NCBI GenBank assembly: GCA_037441385.1
Contig: JBBISH010000058.1
Location: forward strand, 1-38,496
DNA length: 38,496 nucleotides
Reading direction: 5' to 3'
Source of the DNA: Myxococcales bacterium
GTDB taxonomy: Bacteria; Myxococcota_A; UBA9042
The notes under the pieces: generated by a model
Databases searched by the model: none
What the model saw: the letters and a program-made list of their open reading frames with translations, nothing else
What the model was told of the DNA's origin: nothing
Program-made: the position numbers and the translations under genes
Part shown: piece by piece, positions 8,884 to 18,476 of the stretch
Layout of the letters: every line of letters begins with the position of its first letter
How positions within the stretch are numbered: position 1 is the first letter of the stretch

Positions 8884-11190
8884 ATGTTCTTGAAACGACG
8901 TGTAGGTGCCCTGGTGATCGCCGTGGTGGCGATGACCACGGCCGCCGCTTGCAGCAGTGATCCTTCGGGCGCAAACGGCGACGCGACGACCAGCGGCGGC
9001 GACGGCGATACCGGCAAGGCCAGCGGCAAGTGCGGCTTTGACCCGAATTCCGGCAACCTGGACCGGGCGGCCAAGTTGGCGGTGTACGCCGGCTCCAAGG
9101 TCATCAACAGCGGCGACACCATCCAGGTCGACACCGGTGGCCTAAAGCTGGGCGACCCGCTCAGCCTGAGCTACGCCATCAAGAATGGCGCGGCCAAAGA
9201 CGTGGCGCTCGAACTCATCGTCGACAAGGTGATGCTCAAGTACACGGGCCCCGGCGGCAGCGACGACGGCGCCTTTGTGTGTGTGTACAACGACGCTGAC
9301 GGCAAGGAACGTCCGTGCGAGGGCGCCACCTTCCCCAGCGTGATTCCGCCCGGCTTTGACCCCGCTTGCGCTACCCGCGCGGCCACCGAGTCGCTGAGCT
9401 ACAAGATCCGCTTTACCAAGCTGGACAACGTGCCGCGCGACTGCACCGTGACGGTGTTCGCCCAGAGCGCCGGCAACACGCTGCAGGTGCAATACAAGAT
9501 CGCCACCAAGGCGGGCAAGCCGGCGATTTCCGTGCAGCCACCCGAAGTCAACTTTGGCGTGGTCGGTACCGGGCAGACCAAGACGGAAAAGCTGGGCGTG
9601 CTGAACACGGGCGACGCCAACTTGCAGGTCAAGGGCGTGACCTGGACGGCCTCGGACCCGCAGTTCTCGCTGGACATCGGCGGCAAGCACGCCGAAAGCG
9701 GCAAGCCCTTGGCGTTTGACCCGCCGCTGGAAGTCACGCCGGGCAGCGCGCTGCCCGTTTGGGCGAACTTTACGGCCGGCGACGACAAGGGCCACGTTGC
9801 CACCATCGAATTTCAGCACAATGCCAGCGGTGGCTCCGCGCAGGCCATCTTGAAAGGCAACTACGAGGTGCCGTGCATCCTGATCACGCCGCCCAAGAAG
9901 CTGGACATGGGCTTGGCGTATGTGGGCAGCACCATCACCAAGCAGGTGCTGCTGCAGAATTGCGGCGCCGCAGACGTGGTGGTCAGCAAGGCCGAGCTGA
10001 GCGACGACCAGCAGGGCGTGTACGCCACGACGACCAAGGCCCCCAGCGCCGTCGAGCCCATCACCATCCCCAAGAACGGCAAGAGCCAGGTGGCGATCAC
10101 CTGCACGCCACCATCGGAAAATAAAGACGCCAAGGGCACTTCGCAGCCCTTTACCGCCAAGCTGAACCTCCAGGACAACACGACCGCGCCCAACAAGGTG
10201 GTCGAGATCGCCTGCATGGGCACCGCCGCGGCCTGCCCCACGCCCGTCATCGACACCGCCGAGCAGATCGAGCCCCAGACGCCCTTGAAGCTGGACGCGA
10301 GCAAGAGCTTTGCCAAGCCCGGGCAGACCGTGAAGAAGTACAAGTGGACCGCGACGAAGATGCCGGCAGGCGCGACGTCGGCCCAGTTCTACCCGAGCGA
10401 CACCTCGCCGTCGCCCACCTTTGGCGTGCAGGACAAAGACCCCAAGACCGGCAAAGACATCGTTTGGGTCACCGTGGCGGGCGAGTACTGCTTCTCGCTG
10501 GACATCGAGGACTCGTCGGGCACCAAGGGCTGCGAGCCGGCGACCGCGTGCGTGGCGGTCATCCCCAGCGTGGCGCTGCACGTCGAGCTGTTGTGGGACA
10601 CGCCGGCCGACACCAACAAGAACGACACGGGCGAAAACGCCGGCACGGACTTGGACTTGCACTTCGTCCACCCCAAGGCCTACGACGGCAAGCTGTGCAC
10701 GGGCACGAGCACCGGGGCTTGCCAGCCCGACCTGGACAAAGACGGCCTGACCGACCCGTGGTTCAACGGCGTATACGATGCCTACTGGTACAACACCTGG
10801 CCAAGCTGGGGCAACCCTGCAGATGGTCAAGACAATCCCAGTCTGGACCGCGACGACGTGGACGGTTGGGGCCCCGAGAACTTGAACCTGGTCGCCCCGG
10901 AAGACAACACGTTGTATGGCGTGGGCGTGCACTACTGGTCCAACAACGGCTTCTTCCCCGACACCAGCACCGCGACCGTCAACCTCTTTGTCAGCGGTAC
11001 GCTGAAGGGCTCGTATTCGCAGCAGATGACCGAGTGCGACCTGTGGTGGGTGATGCAGGTCAAGTGGTCGTCGGGCGACCTGGTGCCCTTTGGCGGGGCC
11101 AACCTGTCGGCGCCGTCGGCGGGCAAGATCACGCCGGGCTACTGGAGCAACTTGGGCTCGCAGCTCAACGGCAAGTGCAAGAAGAAGTAG
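8884..11190 (+). CDS. Large lipoprotein, same architecture (paralog 2)
   Basis: Start moved to ATG 8884 (GGAG upstream). Lipobox-like AAAC. Motifs VNFGVV..LNTGDANLQV, LQNCGAADVVV, VKKYKWT and LHVELLWDTP..DLDLH..DNPSLDRDDVDGWGPENLN. Confidence 0.8.
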   Translation: MFLKRRVGALVIAVVAMTTAAACSSDPSGANGDATTSGGDGDTGKASGKCGFDPNSGNLDRAAKLAVYAGSKVINSGDTIQVDTGGLKLGDPLSLSYAIKNGAAKDVALELIVDKVMLKYTGPGGSDDGAFVCVYNDADGKERPCEGATFPSVIPPGFDPACATRAATESLSYKIRFTKLDNVPRDCTVTVFAQSAGNTLQVQYKIATKAGKPAISVQPPEVNFGVVGTGQTKTEKLGVLNTGDANLQVKGVTWTASDPQFSLDIGGKHAESGKPLAFDPPLEVTPGSALPVWANFTAGDDKGHVATIEFQHNASGGSAQAILKGNYEVPCILITPPKKLDMGLAYVGSTITKQVLLQNCGAADVVVSKAELSDDQQGVYATTTKAPSAVEPITIPKNGKSQVAITCTPPSENKDAKGTSQPFTAKLNLQDNTTAPNKVVEIACMGTAAACPTPVIDTAEQIEPQTPLKLDASKSFAKPGQTVKKYKWTATKMPAGATSAQFYPSDTSPSPTFGVQDKDPKTGKDIVWVTVAGEYCFSLDIEDSSGTKGCEPATACVAVIPSVALHVELLWDTPADTNKNDTGENAGTDLDLHFVHPKAYDGKLCTGTSTGACQPDLDKDGLTDPWFNGVYDAYWYNTWPSWGNPADGQDNPSLDRDDVDGWGPENLNLVAPEDNTLYGVGVHYWSNNGFFPDTSTATVNLFVSGTLKGSYSQQMTECDLWWVMQVKWSSGDLVPFGGANLSAPSAGKITPGYWSNLGSQLNGKCKKK

Positions 11191-11450
11191 CCGGGCGCGG
11201 CGGCGCGCTTTATGCGCACCCCACCTGATTCACGCCGGTACGGTTTCTTTGACCCGTTCTGCAACTGCCGAGAATCAGGCGGAGACCCTGGGTTCAGGCC
11301 CGAAGAATTGCGCGAGTTTTCGATCCGATTCGGACGGAACCGGATTTACATTTCCTCGCAGTCGCCGGTCTGGCCAAAGCGGCCCCAAAATGCCAACGTG
11401 AAGAGACGTGCGTGCGTGTCCGCCCCTGGCGTGCGCCGGCAAGGAGTTTC

Positions 11451-13673
11451 ATGGATCGGCGAAGCAAGTTGGGTCGTTGGGCGGCGTTGGGGCTGACTGC
11501 CGCGACTACGTTGGCTGGATGCAGCAGCGACGGCGCCACCGCCGCGAGCGCATGCGGCAACGCCGGGAACTTGGACAAGACGGCGACGATCTCGGTGCAA
11601 GACGGCTCTGCCGGCACGCCCGCCAAGTCCCTGTACGAGTGGGATATCTCGACACTGTCCAGCGGTTCCAGCAAGCAGTTGACCCTGGCGATCCGCAACA
11701 ACGCGCCCGCGGTCAGCGCACGCCCCCTGGCGGTCAAGTCCGTGACTGTCAGCGAGACCACGGGCACCGGCGGCGAGGTGAGCACGCCCAACTTTGCCTG
11801 CAGCGGTCCTGGCGACAAACCGTGCGACTCGGCCAACTGGCCGCAGGTGGTGCCGGCGGGCTACGATGCCGCCTGCAAGCCGGCCGGTGCAGCGGAAAGC
11901 GTTCAATTTACCATCAAGTACACGCGTACGGGCGCGTTGTCGCTGCGGCGCTACAAGGTGGCGATCGTCTTTGACGGCGATGTGCAGCAGGGGAGCAAGC
12001 CCTACGTCATCGAAGTCGCGACGCGGTTGGGTACCCCCAGCATCTCGTGTTCACCCAACCCCGCTGATTTCGGCAAGATCGGGCTCGCCGAGGCCGCGTC
12101 GACCACCGTGGTCTGCATCAACCAGGGCAAGGCGGACCTGCAGATGAGCGACATCAAGCTGCTGGGATCGCTGCCGGTGACCATCGGCATGGCCGGGCTG
12201 ACTTTGGACGCGGCCACCCCGTTGCCGGCGAGCGCAACCGTGACGATCGCCGCGGACGACAGCCTGACCATCACCGGCACCATCGCCAAGCTCACCTCGG
12301 AACAGAAGATGGCGGCGATCCTGCGGTTTGCCACCAACGACCCCAGCAAGCCGCAGATCGATCTGACGTGGCAGGCCAATGCCAGCGGGCCGTGCGTGTC
12401 GCTGTCCAAGACGTCGTTCGATTTTGGCCTGAGCCAGGTGGGTGTGTCGCAAGTCCAAGAGCTGCAAATTAAAAGCTGTGGCGCCGATGACCTGGTGATC
12501 ACCGGCGCCGAGATCACGCAGGGGGCCGAGCAGGGCTTCGCCGTGGGCTTTGCCACTTCGTGCTTCTCGGGCCAGGCTCCCACCGCCGCCGCGCCGGTGT
12601 CGGTCCCGCAAGGCCTGACGTGCTCGCTGCAAGTCATCTACACGGCCCCGCAATTGGGTGCGATCAGCGCGGGCAAGCTGACCGTCCACACTTCGGCGGG
12701 CGAGCGCACGGTGCTGCTGTCGGGCAAAGGCGAGTCGCAGGTGTCTTGCCCCAAGGCATGTATGACGCTGAAAAACCTGGCAGATAGTTCGCCCGTCATC
12801 GGCCAGGCGGTCATCCCGCAGACCAAGCTGGTGCTGGACGCCAGCTGCTCGACGCCAGGCAGCTCGGGCCAGGCCATCACCAAGTACAAGTGGAGCCTGA
12901 CCCAGCCGCCGGACAGCTATGCGGTGCTCACGCCTTCGGATGCGGTAAAAATCCCGCAAATTCAACCAAATTCGGCGGGTGCCTATACCATCAGCTTGGA
13001 TGTGATCGACGCGGCGGACGTGCACGCCTGCGCGCCGGCCGTCTACAAGCTGAATGTCACGCCCGACGACAAGCTGCACATCGAACTGACCTGGGACACG
13101 CCCGGCGATCCCGACAAGACCGACGTGGGCATCGATGCCAAGGGCAAAAAGGCCGACGGCACCTATGCCGGCACCGACCTGGACCTGCACCTGGCCAGCG
13201 CACTGGCCGAAGATCAGGCCGGCCAGAAAGACTACGACAAGAATGGTGTGCCGGATCCGTGGTTTGCGGTCTGCTACGACTGCTCGGTGTTCAACGGCTA
13301 CCCCGACTGGGATGAGTTCGGCAACTACCTCGACAACCCCAAGCTCGATCGCGACGACAAGGACGGCTGGGGCCCCGAGATCATCTACGTCAAGGAGCCG
13401 CCGGCCGGCGAGGTCTACACGATCGGCGTGCTGTATAACGCCGCGCACGCATTTGGAAAGTCGATTCCCACGGTGCGTGTGTTCCTGGACGGGCAGCTGC
13501 AAGCGACGGTCAACAAGGTGGGACCCGAGATGGTCGAAGGCGACCTGTGGTGCGCGGGACAAGTCAGTTGGCAGCCCAACAACTTCAAGCCCTGCAAGGG
13601 CGCCGACGCGCAGGGCAACCTTCTTACGCACAAATACCCTGTTATCATCCAGGGTAGCCTGCTGTGCCCGTAG
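11451..13673 (+). CDS. Large lipoprotein, same architecture (paralog 3)
   Basis: Start moved to ATG 11451 (AAGGAG upstream). Lipobox LAGC. Motifs ADFGKI..INQGKADLQM, IKSCGADDLVI, ITKYKWSL and LHIELTWDTP..DLDLH..DNPKLDRDDKDGWGPE. Confidence 0.8.
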   Translation: MDRRSKLGRWAALGLTAATTLAGCSSDGATAASACGNAGNLDKTATISVQDGSAGTPAKSLYEWDISTLSSGSSKQLTLAIRNNAPAVSARPLAVKSVTVSETTGTGGEVSTPNFACSGPGDKPCDSANWPQVVPAGYDAACKPAGAAESVQFTIKYTRTGALSLRRYKVAIVFDGDVQQGSKPYVIEVATRLGTPSISCSPNPADFGKIGLAEAASTTVVCINQGKADLQMSDIKLLGSLPVTIGMAGLTLDAATPLPASATVTIAADDSLTITGTIAKLTSEQKMAAILRFATNDPSKPQIDLTWQANASGPCVSLSKTSFDFGLSQVGVSQVQELQIKSCGADDLVITGAEITQGAEQGFAVGFATSCFSGQAPTAAAPVSVPQGLTCSLQVIYTAPQLGAISAGKLTVHTSAGERTVLLSGKGESQVSCPKACMTLKNLADSSPVIGQAVIPQTKLVLDASCSTPGSSGQAITKYKWSLTQPPDSYAVLTPSDAVKIPQIQPNSAGAYTISLDVIDAADVHACAPAVYKLNVTPDDKLHIELTWDTPGDPDKTDVGIDAKGKKADGTYAGTDLDLHLASALAEDQAGQKDYDKNGVPDPWFAVCYDCSVFNGYPDWDEFGNYLDNPKLDRDDKDGWGPEIIYVKEPPAGEVYTIGVLYNAAHAFGKSIPTVRVFLDGQLQATVNKVGPEMVEGDLWCAGQVSWQPNNFKPCKGADAQGNLLTHKYPVIIQGSLLCP

Positions 13674-13778
13674 CGGCCCTGCGCCGACCGGAATGGCCGA
13701 ACCAGAGCAATTCTGCCGCAGCGATGGGCGCTTTTTGGCCAACAGGCGATTTTGTTCAATCGTTGCGCAGGGTGGGAC

Positions 13779-13807
13779 TTGCATCGCCGGGCGCGCGCGT
13801 GTAAGCT
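13779..13807 (+). promoter_or_regulatory. Candidate sigma70-type promoter upstream of the IHF/HU gene
   Basis: TTGCAT-N17-TAAGCT. Confidence 0.45.
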
Positions 13808-13882
13808 CGCAAGCCTTCCGGGCAGTTGGGCGTGCGCCGCCCGTCCCAGTCCAGAAGACGCAGACGCACGCCCCGGCAGGCA

Positions 13883-13939
13883 CTGGTCGCCGACCAGGAT
13901 CGTGGTCGCCGACCAGGATCTTGATCACCGATCAGAATC
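13883..13939. repeat. Three tandem 19-bp units, each internally palindromic
   Basis: CTGGTCGCCGACCAGGATC / GTGGTCGCCGACCAGGATC / TTGATCACCGATCAGAATC. Confidence 0.85.
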
Positions 13940-14045
13940 AGGTGCCGAGACCGTGGCAGTTCGTGAAGTCATTTGTTCGTCAACCTGCGCCGTACCTTGC
14001 ACGGTCGCCGTCATTGCTGCCACGTAGCAGCGCCTAGGAATCGTC

Positions 14046-14324
14046 ATGACCAAGTCCGATCTGATCGAAGTCGTTGCCGGCAAGTCCAACCTCACCAAGG
14101 ACAAGGCGGGTACCGTCGTCAACGCCATCTTCGAGCTGATGGTGGATGCGATGAAGGAAGGCCAGCGCATCGAGATCCGCAACTTCGGCAACTTCACCGT
14201 CCGCAACTACCCCGCTTACACCGGTCGCAACCCCAAGACGGGCAACCCGGTCAAGGTCGGCCCCAAGCGCATGCCCTTCTTCAAGGTCGGTCTCGAGCTG
14301 AAGAATCGGGTTGACGGCAAGTAG
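14046..14324 (+). CDS. ihfB: Integration host factor beta-like / HU-family DNA-binding protein
   Basis: MTKSDLIE..RIEIRNFGNF..GRNPKTG..PFFKVGLELKNRV is typical of the IHF-beta branch. Confidence 0.85.
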   Translation: MTKSDLIEVVAGKSNLTKDKAGTVVNAIFELMVDAMKEGQRIEIRNFGNFTVRNYPAYTGRNPKTGNPVKVGPKRMPFFKVGLELKNRVDGK

Positions 14325-14355
14325 TCAAAGCCCCGGCAACTACAGTCAAGCCGCC

Positions 14356-14415
14356 AGACCGCGCGGCCGATGTCCGGGGGCGACCCTGGCGCGGCCGGGC
14401 GGTCTTGTGGTTTTT
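14356..14415 (+). terminator. Possible intrinsic terminator or structured hairpin after ihfB
   Basis: AGACCGCGCGGCCG..CGGCCGGGCGGTCT outer stem (1 mismatch) enclosing CCGGGG-GCGA-CCCTGG, followed by TGTGGTTTTT. Confidence 0.4.
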
Positions 14416-14507
14416 GCGGTAGCGCGGCCTGATGGCGGGTCGCACCGCAGCCTGGGGGCCGGCCCAATCTAGCGAACGTCGATTTCAAGCCTTTGCGGAG
14501 TGTTGTG

Positions 14508-15878
14508 ATGAGTTCTGTGACCCTGCCGATCAAGCTGCCGGACCTGCCGGTGGCGCTGGTGGCCGACGTGGCCCGTTTTGAAGGTCAGCGCGTGCAAATT
14601 CGTGGCTGGCTGTACAACCGCCGCAGCAAGGGCAAGCTGCACTTTCTGCAGGTGCGCGACGGCTCGGGACTGATTCAAGCCGTGATGTTCAAAGGCGATG
14701 TAGACGAGGCGACCTTTGCGGCCGCCGACCGGCTGACCCAAGAGACCTCGATCATCGTCAGCGGCACGGTGCGCAAAGACGAGCGGTCGGCGATCGGCTT
14801 CGAGCTGGCTTGCGATGGTCTGGTGGTGGTCGCGGCGGCCCAGGCCGACTACCCGATCTCGCCCAAAGAGCACGGCGTGGCCTTCTTGATGGACCACCGG
14901 CACCTGTGGCTGCGGTCGCGGCGGCAGGCGGCGATCCTGCGGGTGCGTGCGCGCATCATCAAGTCGATCCGCGACTTCTTGGACGGGCAGGGCTACCTGC
15001 TGGTGGACACGCCGATCTTTACGCCGGCGGCCTGCGAAGGCACGTCGACGCTGTTCGAGACCGACTACCACGGCCAAAAAGCCTACCTGAGCCAGTCGGG
15101 CCAGCTGTACAACGAGGCGACGGCGGCGGCACTGGGGCGAGTCTACACCTTTGGTCCCACGTTCCGCGCGGAGAAGAGCAAGACTCGCCGGCACTTGACC
15201 GAGTTCTGGATGGTCGAGCCCGAAGCTGCGTACCTGGACCTGGACGGCGTGATGGATCTGGCCGAGAACATGGTCTGGACGATCGTGCAGGACGTGCTCC
15301 GCGACTGCGGTGCCGAGCTGGACACCATCGACAGCATCCGCAGCGAGGCCGAGGAAGACCGCCAGCTCAAGCCGCGCCGCGAAGCCCTGTCTGGTCTGCA
15401 GCGGCCGTTCGTGCGCCTGCATCACGCGGACGCGGTCAAGCAGCTGCGCGCGCTGGGTTCGGACATCACCGACGGCGACGACTTGGGCGGCGACGACGAG
15501 ACCATTCTGACCCAGCAGTACGATCGGCCCATCTTTGTGATGAAGTACCCGGCTGAGGTCAAGGCGTTCTACATGAAGCGCGATCCGCTGGACGTGCTGC
15601 GGACGCTGTCGTGCGATCTGCTGGCGCCCGAGGGGTATGGCGAGATCATTGGCGGCGGCCAGCGCGAAGACGACCACGAGACGCTGCTGGCGGCGATCCA
15701 CAAGCACGAACTGCCGGAGTCGGCCTTTGACTGGTACCTGGATCTGCGCAAGTACGGTTCGGTGCCCCACGGTGGCTTTGGCTTGGGTGTGGAGCGCACG
15801 GTGGCGTGGATTTGCGGTCTGCCACATGTGCGCGAGACGATTCCGTTTGCTCGTTTGATGGACCGGCTCAAACCGTAG
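14508..15878 (+). CDS. asnS: Asparagine--tRNA ligase
   Basis: OB-fold [41 protein letters not shown], motif 2 [21 protein letters not shown], motif 3 [18 protein letters not shown] 14508 has GGAG upstream. Confidence 0.95.
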   Translation: MSSVTLPIKLPDLPVALVADVARFEGQRVQIRGWLYNRRSKGKLHFLQVRDGSGLIQAVMFKGDVDEATFAAADRLTQETSIIVSGTVRKDERSAIGFELACDGLVVVAAAQADYPISPKEHGVAFLMDHRHLWLRSRRQAAILRVRARIIKSIRDFLDGQGYLLVDTPIFTPAACEGTSTLFETDYHGQKAYLSQSGQLYNEATAAALGRVYTFGPTFRAEKSKTRRHLTEFWMVEPEAAYLDLDGVMDLAENMVWTIVQDVLRDCGAELDTIDSIRSEAEEDRQLKPRREALSGLQRPFVRLHHADAVKQLRALGSDITDGDDLGGDDETILTQQYDRPIFVMKYPAEVKAFYMKRDPLDVLRTLSCDLLAPEGYGEIIGGGQREDDHETLLAAIHKHELPESAFDWYLDLRKYGSVPHGGFGLGVERTVAWICGLPHVRETIPFARLMDRLKP

Positions 15879-15935
15879 CGGTACGCAGGCCACAAGGCGG
15901 GTCGGCCGCGGACCGCCGCCAACGCTAGCCAGAGT

Positions 15936-15964
15936 TTGACAGGGTTCGCGGTACAGGCTACGTT
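15936..15964 (+). promoter_or_regulatory. Candidate sigma70-type promoter for the PP2C gene
   Basis: TTGACA-N17-TACGTT, about 90 bp upstream of ATG 16053. Confidence 0.55.
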
Positions 15965-16052
15965 CGCCGTGGTGCCCGCTGCCCGACCGCCTGGCAAGCC
16001 GCAAAGGTCTGCGGCCGTCACCGCCGCACAGCAGGCAAACTGGAAGAGGCGC

Positions 16053-17105
16053 ATGGCTACTCGCAAGGCCACCAGCACAGCCACCAGCAAGGCCACCAGC
16101 AGGGCCGTTCCCCCCGCAGCGACCGCGGACGGCGTGCCATCCAGCGCCGAGGCCCCGGCCAAGCCGGCCCGCTCGCAGTCCTACACGCTGGAGACCTGTG
16201 CCACGACCGATGTAGGGTTGGTCCGCGAAGGCAACGAAGATGCGTTCCTGGTCAGCGAAGAGGAACAGTTGTACGTGGTGGCCGACGGGATGGGCGGGCA
16301 CTCGGCGGGCGAGGTGGCTTCGGCCTTTACCATCGAAGCGTTGCGAGCCTTTTATGGCAACGACGACCTGACGCGACGCGTGCAGGCCGCCTACCGACGC
16401 ATGCGGCGCGCGGGCCACCCGATTCCGGAGGGCGAGGCCAGCCACCACGCGCTGCGCCTGCGCAAAGCGGTAGAGAGCGCGAACATCACGGTGTTTCGCC
16501 TGGCTCAGCAGCACGAACAGTTGCGCGACATGGGCACCACCGTGGTGGCAGCGGTGTTTGCCGGCCGCAACGTGCACATCGCCAACGTGGGCGACAGCCG
16601 GCTCTACCGGTTGCGCAACCGCAAGCTGACCCAGCTGACCGAAGACCACTCGTTGCTCAACGAATACCTGCGCATGAACCTGCTGCAGCCCGACGAGGTC
16701 GAGGCGTTCCCCTACAAGAACGTCATCGTGCGGGCGCTGGGGCTGCAGGAAGCGGTAGCTGTTGACATCTTTGGCTTTACTGTGCGGCGCGGCGATACCT
16801 ACGTGCTGTGCAGCGACGGCCTGACCGACCTGGTGCGCGACCCCGAAATCGGCGCCGTGCTCCATCAAGCGCCCAGCGCCATGGCCGCTTGCCTGCGCTT
16901 GACCGACATGGCCAAGGCCCGCGGTGGCCACGACAACATCACCGTTCTGGTGGTCAAGGTCCACGCGCCAGGCTGGCAACCGGCCGCGCCCACGATTCCG
17001 CCGCCGCCACCTGGACAGGCTCCAGGGGCCATTCCGCCGCCCCCGGCTGGCGCCGCGCCGGTGCACATCCCGCCGCCGCCCAGCGGCCCCGCACCGGTCG
17101 AGTAG
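16053..17105 (+). CDS. PP2C/PPM-family Ser/Thr protein phosphatase (Stp1/Pph1-like) with Pro-rich tail
   Basis: TDVGLVREGNED, VVADGMGGH, MGTT, NVGDSRLY, TEDHS, NVIVRALG, LCSDGL and GGHDNIT. Start moved to ATG 16053 (GAGG upstream). Confidence 0.93.
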   Translation: MATRKATSTATSKATSRAVPPAATADGVPSSAEAPAKPARSQSYTLETCATTDVGLVREGNEDAFLVSEEEQLYVVADGMGGHSAGEVASAFTIEALRAFYGNDDLTRRVQAAYRRMRRAGHPIPEGEASHHALRLRKAVESANITVFRLAQQHEQLRDMGTTVVAAVFAGRNVHIANVGDSRLYRLRNRKLTQLTEDHSLLNEYLRMNLLQPDEVEAFPYKNVIVRALGLQEAVAVDIFGFTVRRGDTYVLCSDGLTDLVRDPEIGAVLHQAPSAMAACLRLTDMAKARGGHDNITVLVVKVHAPGWQPAAPTIPPPPPGQAPGAIPPPPAGAAPVHIPPPPSGPAPVE

Positions 17106-17221
17106 CGGCAACCCGCTCGAACCGCAGCCCGCAACCGGCCCAGATCGTGGCCCGACGCTTTGGGCCGCCGGTGCTTGCCCTGATCCCGCGGAGCGCGACT
17201 CCGCACGCAGCGAGAGAATTC

Positions 17222-18253
17222 ATGCAGAACAAGACGTACCGTGTGGCCGTGCTGGGCGCGACCGGCGCTGTGGGCCGCGAGATGTTGTCCGTGTTGGACG
17301 AGCAGCGCTTTCCAGCCAGCGAGGTGATCGCCCTGGCGTCGCCGCGATCGGTGGGCGAAGAGGTGGACTACGGCAACCGCACGCTGAAGGTGCGCGCCGC
17401 GACGCCCGAGGCCTTTGACGGCGTGGATCTGGTGCTGGCGTCGGCGGGATCGGCAGTGTCCAAGCAACTGCTGCCCGAGGCGGCGCGGCGCGGGGCGATG
17501 TGCATCGACAACTCGAGCGCTTTTCGCATGGTCGACGGTGTGCCGCTGGTGGTGCCCGAGGTGAACGCCGCGGCGATGGCCAAGCACAACGGCATCATCG
17601 CCAACCCGAATTGCTCGACGATCCAGATGGTGGTGGCGCTGGGGCCGCTGCACGAGCGCGCTGGGTTGAAGCGGGTGGTGGTGTCGACCTACCAGTCCGT
17701 GTCGGGCGCGGGCAAGAAGGGCATGGACGAGCTGAGCAGCCAGACCATCGCGCTGCTGAACCAGAAACCCTTTGATGTGGCCGTGCACCACGCGCGGATC
17801 GCCTTCAACGTGGTGCCGCACATTGGCAGTGCCAGCGAAGGCGGCTACACCGACGAAGAGTGGAAGCTGGTGTACGAAAGCCGCAAGATCATGGGCCTGC
17901 CCGACCTGGAAGTGGTGCCGACCTGCGTGCGGGTGCCGGTGTTCTGCGGCCACAGCGAGACGGTGTACTGCGAATTCGAGCGGCCGATCAGCGTGGCCGA
18001 GGCGCGCGAAATCTTTGGCACGGCCCACGGCGTCAAGCTGGTGGACGATCTGGCGAACAAGCTCTACCCGATGCCGCTGGACTGTGCCGAGACCGATCCG
18101 GTGTACGTGGGGCGCATCCGTCAAGACCCCAGCCGCAACAACGCCCTGAACCTGTGGGTGGTCGCCGACAACCTGCGCAAGGGCGCCGCCACCAACGCCG
18201 TGCAGATCGCCTGGCTCGCGGCCAAGACGGGCTTGGTTCACGGTGCCAAATAG
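17222..18253 (+). CDS. asd: Aspartate-semialdehyde dehydrogenase
   Basis: VAVLGATGAVG, IDNSSAFRM, IIANPNCST, STYQSVSGAG, CVRVPVFCGHSE and DNLRKGAATNAVQIA. Start at ATG 17222. Confidence 0.96.
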   Translation: MQNKTYRVAVLGATGAVGREMLSVLDEQRFPASEVIALASPRSVGEEVDYGNRTLKVRAATPEAFDGVDLVLASAGSAVSKQLLPEAARRGAMCIDNSSAFRMVDGVPLVVPEVNAAAMAKHNGIIANPNCSTIQMVVALGPLHERAGLKRVVVSTYQSVSGAGKKGMDELSSQTIALLNQKPFDVAVHHARIAFNVVPHIGSASEGGYTDEEWKLVYESRKIMGLPDLEVVPTCVRVPVFCGHSETVYCEFERPISVAEAREIFGTAHGVKLVDDLANKLYPMPLDCAETDPVYVGRIRQDPSRNNALNLWVVADNLRKGAATNAVQIAWLAAKTGLVHGAK

Positions 18254-18259
18254 CCGCTT

Positions 18260-18274
18260 GTGCCAAATTGGCAC
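18260..18274. promoter_or_regulatory. Palindrome GTGCCAAATTGGCAC, candidate upstream activator site for a sigma54 enhancer-binding protein
   Basis: Perfect 7-1-7 palindrome. The core TGCCA-N3-TGGCA starts 118 bp before a -24/-12 motif, and the same arrangement recurs at 22348. Confidence 0.55.
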
Positions 18275-18378
18275 GGGAAGCCGGTGCAGCAATGGTTGGC
18301 GTGACGCAGCAGGCTTCCGTTCTTGGTCGTGGTCGGCCAAAATTCCCGTCGCTGTGCGCCCTTGGCCGTTGCGGCATT

Positions 18379-18394
18379 TGGCACGACCCATGCA
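18379..18394 (+). promoter_or_regulatory. Sigma54 (-24/-12) promoter candidate
   Basis: TGGCACGACCCATGCA, with GG-N10-GC spacing. Confidence 0.6.
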
Positions 18395-18476
18395 GCAAGG
18401 GCGTGATGGGCGCGTCCAGGCGGCTTGGCTGCCGGAGTCGCCCCAAGAACGCAGGACTACGCCGAAGTTGGAAACC

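Noticed and set aside
5931..9134. 1067-aa minus-strand ORF and other long antisense or alternate-frame ORFs (3652-5802, 9142-10932, 12051-13928, 14469-17111, 18033-20141, 27286-29946, 33054-35390, 35855-38245)
   Set aside because: These are shadow ORFs of well-supported genes. High GC3 codon bias removes stops from the antisense frame, and the translations carry no recognisable motifs.
11191..11450. ncRNA or promoter in the AT-richer gap between lipoproteins 2 and 3
   Set aside because: I found no convincing stem-loop, and the -35/-10-like hexamers have the wrong spacing.
18243..18476. Upstream extension of the fusion ORF in the ORF track (similar extensions for asd, PP2C, gspC, gspI and lipoproteins 2 and 3)
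   Set aside because: The extensions overlap promoter motifs or upstream genes. Downstream starts have RBSs and/or put signal peptides and family motifs at the N-terminus.
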